64,000 bases of DNA, from contig JALOLA010000005.1 in NCBI GenBank assembly GCA_025456205.1, forward strand, positions 5,971 to 69,970, given 5' to 3'. The position numbers were made by a program, and so were the translations under genes. The notes under the pieces are model-generated. The model was given only the letters and a program-made list of their open reading frames with translations. It was not told the origin of the DNA and did no database searches. This stretch comes from Acidobacteriota bacterium. Its GTDB lineage: Bacteria > Acidobacteriota > Aminicenantia > UBA2199. This document shows, one piece after another, positions 37,674 through 44,904 of the stretch (positions within the stretch are counted from its first letter, which is position 1; each line of letters starts with the position of its first letter).

Positions 37674-39524
37674 ATGAACGACGTGCTGAGAACGGCGAAG
37701 AACTGCCGGCATTATGCCATGTGCAAGATCGATTTCCTGGGCTCCGGGGTCTGCCGCTCGGGGCTGGAGAAGCAGTACGTCAGCTTCTATCCCCAGGGCC
37801 GGATGGACCTCTATGCCGCCCTGGCCGAGAAGCGCATCCCGGTCACGCCGGCCTGCGTCGAGATCGCCGATAGCTGCGACCTCTGCGGTCGCTGCGATTA
37901 CCAGTGCTATTTCGTGACCGAGATGCGGCCAACGGCCGTCATGCGCGCGCTGAAGGAGCATATCCGGCTGCACCTGGCCGGAGGCGGCGAGGTGCTTGCT
38001 CCCGAAAAAGACGTTATCCTTGATGAATTGCGGCAGATCGTGGGCAACGATTGGGCGACCAACGACCGCGCCATCGCCCTGACCTATGCCCATGATCCCT
38101 GCCCGGTGGCCGAGCCGCGCATGCCCGGCTACGTCGTCATGCCGGGATCGACGGCCGAGGTCGCGGCCGTGGTCAGGCTGCTGAACCGCCACAGCGTCCC
38201 TTACGCGGTGCGCGGGAACGGCTCCAGCGTCATGGGCTTCGTCATGAGCGCCGGGGCGGTGATCGACATGGGCCGGATGAAGGCCATCGCGTTCGACGAG
38301 AAGAACTGGCTGGTTTGGGTGGGCGCCGGCGTCGCCGCCTTCGACCTGCAGAGGGAGGCCCTGGCGCGCGGCCTGCGGGTGAACGTCGCCGAGCCGGCGG
38401 CGCTGGTATGCGCCAACATCATGTGCTCGGGCATATTCTCGACCTTCTCGGCCAGCTATGGCACCGCCGCCGACAACTGCATCGACGCGGAATTCGTCGC
38501 TCCCGCCGGTGAAGTGTTCCGGCTGGGCGATCCGGCGGCGCCCAACCTCTTCGGCTTTCGCCGCGAGGATGCCCCGCTGCCGGGGATATGCACGTCGGCC
38601 GCCATCCGCCTCCATCCGGTCACCGACGACGAAAGCTCCGTGTTCGTCCCTTTCGCCGCGCTCGACCGCGCCCTGGCTTTTGCGCGCGAGCTCGCCATGC
38701 GCCGCATCGGGCTGGCCGTCGCCGTCCTGGGCGGTGAATACATCTCGACCTTCCTGTCGCCCACCCGGGCGCTCGCCGCCGGGGTGAAGGACGCCTTCCG
38801 GGACAAGCTGAAGATCGCCTACCTGGTGCTGGTGATCGGGGACGCCCACGCCCTGGCCGCCGTGAAAAAAATGGGTCATCCCGGGTTCGACAGCCGCCTG
38901 ATGCGCATCCTGAACCTGGGGCTGCCGTCGCTCGTCTCGGCCCGCTGGCTCGAGCTCATCGGCGAGCTCAGCGATGACGAGCCGTTCTCCTACCTGGGGC
39001 TGGACCATTTCCCCGACCTGGCCGAGGCGGCGCTGGCGCCGTCGCCGGCCCAGCTGGTGCGCGATGTCGACCCGGAGCTGCGGCCGTTCTTCGCAGCGCT
39101 CTACTCGCGGCCGGAGATGACCGACCCGCTCTGGCTGAACATGTTCCGCATCGTCAGCGCCCGCATGGGGCGGGAGAAGCACGTGGTGGCCTGGATCATC
39201 TACCTGCCGATCGACGAGCGCCTGGTCGCCGAGATCGACGGCGAGTTCAGGCGCATCGCGGAGCGACACGGGCTGAAGAACGATTTCGGCTTCATCACCC
39301 CCCTGGACAACGGCAAGCGCTGCGTGTTCGAATACGACTATTACCTCGACCAGAACGACGAGGACGAAAAGAGCAGGATGCGCCAGGCCATGGGCGAGGC
39401 CGGGATGATGATCGAAAAATTCACTGCGGCCACCGGTACGGTGACCTGGATCCGCCACGTGTTCCGCCAGGGCTTCAGCCGCAAGGAAAGCTTCCTCTAC
39501 CCGGGAGCCGCGGCCGGGCGATGA
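37674..39524 (+). CDS. FAD-linked oxidase (FAD_binding_4 plus FAD-oxidase_C architecture) with an N-terminal Cys-rich Fe-S-like module
   Basis: The N-terminus has CRHYAMC...C and CDLCGRCDYQC (Cx2Cx2Cx3C). This is followed by PGYVVMPGSTAEVAAVVRLLNRHSVPYAVRGNGSSVMG, typical of GlcD/VAO/AGPS-type flavoenzymes. ATG 37674 has a GGAAGGA SD; ATG 37653 is also possible. Confidence 0.75.
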   Translation: MNDVLRTAKNCRHYAMCKIDFLGSGVCRSGLEKQYVSFYPQGRMDLYAALAEKRIPVTPACVEIADSCDLCGRCDYQCYFVTEMRPTAVMRALKEHIRLHLAGGGEVLAPEKDVILDELRQIVGNDWATNDRAIALTYAHDPCPVAEPRMPGYVVMPGSTAEVAAVVRLLNRHSVPYAVRGNGSSVMGFVMSAGAVIDMGRMKAIAFDEKNWLVWVGAGVAAFDLQREALARGLRVNVAEPAALVCANIMCSGIFSTFSASYGTAADNCIDAEFVAPAGEVFRLGDPAAPNLFGFRREDAPLPGICTSAAIRLHPVTDDESSVFVPFAALDRALAFARELAMRRIGLAVAVLGGEYISTFLSPTRALAAGVKDAFRDKLKIAYLVLVIGDAHALAAVKKMGHPGFDSRLMRILNLGLPSLVSARWLELIGELSDDEPFSYLGLDHFPDLAEAALAPSPAQLVRDVDPELRPFFAALYSRPEMTDPLWLNMFRIVSARMGREKHVVAWIIYLPIDERLVAEIDGEFRRIAERHGLKNDFGFITPLDNGKRCVFEYDYYLDQNDEDEKSRMRQAMGEAGMMIEKFTAATGTVTWIRHVFRQGFSRKESFLYPGAAAGR

Positions 39525-40699
39525 AGCGCGGCGACGCGCCGGGGGACGGGCCCTGCCTGCTCACCGGCGCCACGGGTTTCCTGGGCGGCCACCTCATGGC
39601 GGAGCTCCTGGCCCGCGGGCGGCGCCTGGTCATCGCCGGCCGGCCGGCCGGCGGGGAATCACTCGCGGATAGGATCCGCCGCCTGCTGGGCTGGTTCGGC
39701 ATGCAGCGCCGCGAGGCGCAGCTGGAATTCCTGGAAACCGATTTCCTGAAACCCGGGCTGGGGCTCGGCTCGGGGGAATACGAGCGCCTGCGCCGCCGCG
39801 GCCTGGCCATCATCCATTGCGCTTCGGATACCCGCTTCGCCGAGAAGAACCGCGCAGCGGTGATGGCCGCCAACGTCACCGGCCTGGCGGGGATCCTGGA
39901 GCTGGCCCTCCGCAGCCGTGCGCGCTGCTTTCATCTTCTCAGCTCGGCCTATGCCGCGGGCATCGACCACAGCGATTGCCGCGAGGCGCCGGTGCGCTCG
40001 CTGCGCTTCAACAACCCCTACGAAGAGAGCAAGGCGCTGGCCGAGAAGGCGGTCAGCGCAACGTGCCGCGCCCATGGCCTCCCCTTCACCATCATCCGCC
40101 CCGCCATCGTCTACGGGGACGCGCGCACGGGGCGCTCGCTGCGCTTCAACGCCCTCTACCACCCGGTCCGCTCCCTGCTGCAGCTGCGGGACATTTACCT
40201 CGCCGACATCAGGGAGAACGGCGGCAAAAGGTCCGCCGCCTCCGGCATCCGCCTGGAGGACGGCGGGGGCCTGCGCCTCCCCATCCGCATCTTCATCCCC
40301 CGCGAGGGGAAGATCAACCTGGTCTCGGTGGATTATTTCACGGCGGCGGCCCTGGCCATCCTTGAGCGACCGGAAGACGGCGCCATCTATCACCTCACCA
40401 GCCGCCGGCCCGCGAGCATGACGCGGCTGGCGGAGTTCGCGGAGCGTTTCCTGGGCCTCAGCGGCGTCGAAGTGGTCATCGGTGCGGCGGGCGCGGCGCG
40501 GATGCGCAACCCGGCCGAGGAGCTCTTCGACCTGTTCATCAGGCCCTATCGCCCCTATATCGCCGATTGCAGGGATTTTTCCCGGGAGAATGCCGACCGG
40601 GCCACCGGCGGCGCCCAGCCGCCGGATTTCGACTATGCCATCTTTCGCCGCTGCATGGAGTTCGCCGTGGCCGCCGACTGGGGGAAAAAACTTTTTTAG
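39521..40699 (+). CDS. Extended SDR of the thioester-reductase / fatty-acyl-CoA-reductase (NAD_binding_4) type
   Basis: LLTGATGFLGGHL Rossmann motif, then NVTGLAGILELA, then NPYEESKALAE (YxxxK). ATGA overlap with the upstream flavoenzyme gene. Confidence 0.75.
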   Translation: MKRGDAPGDGPCLLTGATGFLGGHLMAELLARGRRLVIAGRPAGGESLADRIRRLLGWFGMQRREAQLEFLETDFLKPGLGLGSGEYERLRRRGLAIIHCASDTRFAEKNRAAVMAANVTGLAGILELALRSRARCFHLLSSAYAAGIDHSDCREAPVRSLRFNNPYEESKALAEKAVSATCRAHGLPFTIIRPAIVYGDARTGRSLRFNALYHPVRSLLQLRDIYLADIRENGGKRSAASGIRLEDGGGLRLPIRIFIPREGKINLVSVDYFTAAALAILERPEDGAIYHLTSRRPASMTRLAEFAERFLGLSGVEVVIGAAGAARMRNPAEELFDLFIRPYRPYIADCRDFSRENADRATGGAQPPDFDYAIFRRCMEFAVAADWGKKLF

Positions 40700-40745
40700 T
40701 GAAGTTTCCGGTGGCGTTTTTCCGGCAGAATTGCTAGGATGAACG

Positions 40746-41846
40746 ATGCGGCACGAAAAGATACTGATCTGCTACAACGAACCGTTGGGCATCTACGAGA
40801 ACTACAGCGGCAAGGACCGGGCGGACGGCGCCGAGCCCGAGGACACCTCCGACCCGGGGCTGGTCGCCCAGGTGCTCCATATGCAGGCGATCCTGCAGCG
40901 CCGTTTCGAGCAGGTGGAATGCCTGCCTTTCAGCCGCGACTTTTCCAAGGCGCTGCGGCGCATCCTGCAGCACGCCCCCGACGTCATCCTCAACTTCGTC
41001 GAGGCGCTGGCCGGCGACGTCAATTTCGAGAGCCACATCGCCGGAGCCTTCGAGATCCTGGACATCGAGTTCACCGGCAGCAAGGCGCTGACCCTGGGCA
41101 ACTGCCTGGACAAGCTCAAGACCAAGCAGATCCTGAGGTCCCTGGGGGTCAGGACGCCGCGCTACGCGCTGGCCCGGCTCAACCGCAAGCCGCAGGAGGC
41201 GGAGCTCAAGCTGAAATTCCCCCTCATCCTGAAACTGAACAGGGAGGACGCCAGCATCGGCATCTCGGAGAACTCGGTGGTCAACGATCTCTCCGGCCTG
41301 CAGGCGCAGCTTGATTTCCTTTTCCGCGCCTTCCGCCAGGACGTGCTCATCGAGGAGTGCCTGCCCGGCCGCGAGATCAGCGCCGCCGTGTTCGGCGACC
41401 GCGTGCTGCCGCTCTCCGAGATCGCCTACGACGGGCTGCCGGAGGGTCTGCCGCGCATCGTCACCTACGAGGCCAAGTGGGCGCCGAACAGCGCCTATTA
41501 CAAGGGGACGGTTCCGGTGTGCCCGGCGCCGGTGGACGCGGAGCTGCGGGCGCTGATCGAGAAGACGGCGCTGGCCGCCTTCAATGCCCTCGACTGCCGG
41601 GACTACGCCCGGGTGGATTTCCGCCTGAGCAAGCGCGACATCCCCCACGTCATCGATGTCAATCCCAACCCCGACCTGTCGCCCGAGGCCGGCTTCATCC
41701 GCTCGGCCGGCCGCGCCGGCCTCAGCTACGAGGAGGTCCTTTTCAGCCTGGTGGAGTTCGCCCTGCAGCGCGGCAGCGCCAGCGGCCGCCCCATCGCCGA
41801 GCGCCGCAGGAACCTGAACGCCTACCTGCAGGAGCTCAAAGGCTAG
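40746..41846 (+). CDS. ATP-grasp enzyme of the D-alanine--D-alanine ligase family (not the housekeeping Ddl type)
   Basis: 366 aa. DKLKTKQILRSLGVRTPRY, FPLILKLNREDASIGI, LIEECLPGREISAAV and DYARVDFRL...IDVNPNPDLS are ATP-grasp motifs. Confidence 0.75.
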   Translation: MRHEKILICYNEPLGIYENYSGKDRADGAEPEDTSDPGLVAQVLHMQAILQRRFEQVECLPFSRDFSKALRRILQHAPDVILNFVEALAGDVNFESHIAGAFEILDIEFTGSKALTLGNCLDKLKTKQILRSLGVRTPRYALARLNRKPQEAELKLKFPLILKLNREDASIGISENSVVNDLSGLQAQLDFLFRAFRQDVLIEECLPGREISAAVFGDRVLPLSEIAYDGLPEGLPRIVTYEAKWAPNSAYYKGTVPVCPAPVDAELRALIEKTALAAFNALDCRDYARVDFRLSKRDIPHVIDVNPNPDLSPEAGFIRSAGRAGLSYEEVLFSLVEFALQRGSASGRPIAERRRNLNAYLQELKG

Positions 41847-41852
41847 AACGAG

Positions 41853-41932
41853 GCTCGAAGTTCAATGTTCGACGTTCGATGTTGATAGACAAAGGCAAAA
41901 GGCAAAAGTAAAAAGGCAAAAGTCAGAGAAGA
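41853..41932. repeat. Heptamer repeat element D (two unit families in tandem, no clear partner arm)
   Basis: 41853..41887 is gctcgaa gttcaat gttcgac gttcgat gttgata. 41891..41925 is aaaggca aaaggca aaagtaa aaaggca aaagtca. Begins 7 nt after the ATP-grasp stop. Confidence 0.75.
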
Positions 41933-42110
41933 AAGCGTTGGTGGCCGAACTGTAGCTCTAACGAGCAAAATCGTAGTGTTAGTAACAGCAATTTATCGAG
42001 ACAGTAAAAGATTGACCTCTTGCCGTTTCTCAGCACTTATCGGGCATCCCACATGGAGTGGCCCAGACTCTTTTTCGTGCCCCTCTCTCCCCGTCCGGTT
42101 TTTTTTTGAG

Positions 42111-43406
42111 CTAGGACTGCTTCGCGCTGAAGGCGATGAGGTCCGCCGTGGTCTGGGTGGCGGGATCGAAGGTGATGGTGCGGCGGAAAGCGGCACTCGC
42201 GAAAAGGGGAATGTACAGCAGGATGGTGACCGCGAAGCTGACCGAGATCAGGATGCGGATGGGGATAAACTCGGCCAGTATGCCGCCCATCACCATGGCC
42301 AGGGGCATGAGGCCCGTGCTGATGCTGCCCAGGATGCCGAACACTTTGCCGCGCATCTCCTGGGGCACGGTGAACTGGATGACGCTGGCCATGAAGGTGT
42401 TGAGCAGCGCCGAAGCCACGCCGCCCACGAAGGCCAGCAGCGCCATGAGCGGGAAGTAAAGGAAGAGGGGAAACAGGATCATGCTGAACGAGGAGATGAA
42501 GCCGCAGGCCGCGAAGAGCCGGAAGCGCTTGGATGGCCGAATGTGCACGAGAGACGAAAAGAGCAGGCCGGCCAGGAGACCGCCGGTGAAGCAGGCCATG
42601 ACCAGGCCGTAAAGGGCGGGCCCCAGGTGGCGCTGGCGCTCGAAGAGCGGCAGGATGAGCATGACGCCCATGGAAGCGAAAAAATTCATGATGGCGGCGA
42701 ACGCCAGCAGGTGGCGCAGGCCGATGAAGCGCCAGACGAAGGAGAAGCCCTCCTTCATGTCGGAAAAGAAATGGGAGCGCTCCTTCCTGGCTTCGATCCT
42801 GGGGATCTTTACGAAGGGAATGGCCAGGGCTGAAAAGAGGTAGGAGAGGCCGTTGAAAAGGAACATGACCGGAGCCCCCAGGACTTTGAACAGGATGCCG
42901 CCGGCCGAATTCCCCGCCAGGCCCGACAGCGTGTAGATCATATGAAAGACTGAATTGGCCTGCACGAGCTTGTCGCGCCTGACGATGTCGGGAAGGGAGC
43001 TGGCCACCGCCGGGTTGAAGAATGCGCCGCCCAGGCCGATCACGATGGCGGTTGCGAACAGCATCCAGGTGCGGACGAAACCCAGCAGCGCGGCCACTCC
43101 GACCAGGGCCACGGCCAGGCCGCGGACCGTGTCCGTGAGGATCAGCAGGCGCTTGCGGTCGCAGCGGTCGACCAGCACGCCGGCGAAGGGGGAAGCCAGC
43201 ACCCGCGGCAGGGAGGCGGCCGCCAGCAGGGCGCCCATGAGGGCCGTGGAGCCTGTTTTGGCCAGAATCCAGAAACCCAGGGCTATGGAATAGATGACAT
43301 CGCCCAGGGCCGAGACCAGCTGGCCCTGCCACAGGATGAAAAAATCGCGGTTCCAGAGCTTTTCCCCGGCCGACATCTTGTTGGCAGGATCCATTGTCTG
43401 ATTCAT
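42111..43406 (-). CDS. MFS transporter (EntS/macrolide-efflux-like subfamily)
   Basis: About 12 TM helices. NRDFFILWQGQLVSALGDVIYSIALGFWIL and GVLVDRCDRKRLLILTD are typical of this MFS clade. Start is ambiguous (TTG 43418, ATG 43406 or ATG 43394). Confidence 0.85.
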   Translation of the reverse strand: MNQTMDPANKMSAGEKLWNRDFFILWQGQLVSALGDVIYSIALGFWILAKTGSTALMGALLAAASLPRVLASPFAGVLVDRCDRKRLLILTDTVRGLAVALVGVAALLGFVRTWMLFATAIVIGLGGAFFNPAVASSLPDIVRRDKLVQANSVFHMIYTLSGLAGNSAGGILFKVLGAPVMFLFNGLSYLFSALAIPFVKIPRIEARKERSHFFSDMKEGFSFVWRFIGLRHLLAFAAIMNFFASMGVMLILPLFERQRHLGPALYGLVMACFTGGLLAGLLFSSLVHIRPSKRFRLFAACGFISSFSMILFPLFLYFPLMALLAFVGGVASALLNTFMASVIQFTVPQEMRGKVFGILGSISTGLMPLAMVMGGILAEFIPIRILISVSFAVTILLYIPLFASAAFRRTITFDPATQTTADLIAFSAKQS

Positions 43407-43455
43407 TCTGAACGGCAACGTCGCCAGGGGCCTTCAGGGTGTCCCTGACACTACT

Positions 43456-43619
43456 ATCTCGCCCAAGTTCATCGCCTTGGCTTTACGACCACTACCACTA
43501 TCACTACCACTGAGGCCTGTCAGCGCTCCTGCTGCTACTGCCACTGTAACTGACACCAATAGCTCGTCCATATTCATTGCCTTGGCTTTACAACCACTAC
43601 CACTATCACTACCACTGAG
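43456..43619. repeat. Direct repeat pair with 105-bp period, ending in heptamer units (element E)
   Basis: 43468..43514 and 43573..43619 are 47-nt copies with 2 mismatches (ttcatYgccttggctttacRaccactaccactatcactaccactgag). Weaker similarity extends about 12 nt upstream of each. Confidence 0.85.
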
Positions 43620-43637
43620 AATTCGGTTATTTCCTTC

Positions 43638-44243
43638 TTAACGGCTCTCAGGGATGATGATGTCCACCGTCTCGAAGCCCAGCAGGCGGAAGAACTTCTC
43701 CAGCGTCTCGCGCCCCTGCTCGGCGCTGTTCTTGAGGATGCCCTTGTCGCGGGCGTTGCGCTCGAAGATGCGCCGGGCGTCCTCGTGGAACTTCTTGCTC
43801 TCCTCGAAGGTGATCTCGCCCTCCTCGATGAAGGTCTCGAAGCCGCTGGGGTTGATGACCACGTCGAGGATGCGCGCCGGCGGCAGCTTGACCACGATGG
43901 ACTTTTCGCGGCGGATGATCGACTTCTCGTTCAGCTCCGACAGGTCGAAGCCGGCGATCACCTCGCCCTTGGCGATGAAGATCAGCCGCTTGTTCTGGCT
44001 GAAGACCGGCGTGCGCACGACGCCGGTATCATAGACGTATTCGTCGTAGTAGGTCTGGGTGAACATCTGGGCGATGTTCTTCACCTGCTGGATGATCACC
44101 GGCGTCTCCTCGATATGCGCCGTGCCGCCGCGGAACAGGGCGGGCAGCGAGGGCAGGAGGCCGATCCTGGCCAGCGGGTTGTAGAGCAGCAGCAGGATGG
44201 CCAGCAGGGCGGCGATATTGAGGACGGACAGCAGCTTTTTCAT
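43638..44243 (-). CDS. DUF4230-like membrane-anchored protein
   Basis: Internal ATG 44243. N-terminal anchor MKKLLSVLNIAALLAILLLL. The body resembles the upstream paralogue and DUF4230 proteins. Confidence 0.6.
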   Translation of the reverse strand: MKKLLSVLNIAALLAILLLLYNPLARIGLLPSLPALFRGGTAHIEETPVIIQQVKNIAQMFTQTYYDEYVYDTGVVRTPVFSQNKRLIFIAKGEVIAGFDLSELNEKSIIRREKSIVVKLPPARILDVVINPSGFETFIEEGEITFEESKKFHEDARRIFERNARDKGILKNSAEQGRETLEKFFRLLGFETVDIIIPESR

Positions 44244-44833
44244 GTCCGCCCCCCCTTGAAGGCCACGCGCACGGTCGCGAAGCCCATCTTCTTCAGCCAC
44301 GACTCGACCAGGATGCGGGCGTTGCGCGCGGCGCGCTCGAGGATGTCCATGCGCGCCACCTTGGCGCGGATGTCCTTCTCGCCCTGGCTGAGCAGGCCGT
44401 CCTTCTCCTCGTTGGAAAAGTCGCTGCGCAGGATGCCCGACTCGTTGAAGATCTCGCGCATGTGCTCGGGCTTCATGTTGAAGAGGAGGATCTTCGGCCG
44501 CGGCAGGGTGACGGTCACCGCCTTGCCGTCCTGCAGCTGGATGTCGTGGTCGGTCAGCTCGTTGAGGTCGATGCCGGCCTTGACCGTGGCCGCCGTCTCG
44601 AAAAGGATCTTGCGGTCGCCGTACCAGGCCACGTCCTTGTAGGAGACGATCTTGGTCACGCTGTACTCGACCGTGGCCAGCTCGGCCAGGTCCTTGAGGG
44701 TGCGGGCGCTGAGCTGCGGCCGCTCCCTGCGCCGCGGCACGGCGACGTTGACGGCCAGCAGCGCCAGGATCACCGCGCCCAGGACGAGCAGCCGCTGGGT
44801 CCGGGCGGGCTTTTTACGGGCATCGTGGTTCAT
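44240..44833 (-). CDS. DUF4230-like membrane-anchored protein (paralogue)
   Basis: 197 aa. Anchor LLVLGAVILALLAVNVAV. LAELATVEYSVTKIVSY...KAGIDLNEL parallels the downstream gene. 4-nt overlap. Confidence 0.6.
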   Translation of the reverse strand: MNHDARKKPARTQRLLVLGAVILALLAVNVAVPRRRERPQLSARTLKDLAELATVEYSVTKIVSYKDVAWYGDRKILFETAATVKAGIDLNELTDHDIQLQDGKAVTVTLPRPKILLFNMKPEHMREIFNESGILRSDFSNEEKDGLLSQGEKDIRAKVARMDILERAARNARILVESWLKKMGFATVRVAFKGGRT

Positions 44834-44904
44834 ATGTTCTCACTCCCCTGGAGCGGGTTTTCGGGCGCATGCTGATTATAGGCGGGGCGAAAAATAATTG
44901 CAAA

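Noticed and set aside
37071-39458. 795-aa minus-strand ORF
   Set aside because: Antisense to the FAD-linked oxidase and OM barrel genes. Arg/Gly/Ala/Pro/His-rich with no motif. 40734-41648 and 34423-35691 are rejected for the same reason.
42040-42107. T9 run (42099-42107) as an intrinsic terminator for the ATP-grasp operon
   Set aside because: I could not find a convincing GC-rich stem immediately upstream. The best local pairing (GAGT...ACTC) is 4 bp.
43468-43619. 47-nt direct repeats as att sites of an integrated element
   Set aside because: They are only 105 bp apart, enclose no genes, and no integrase or recombinase is nearby.
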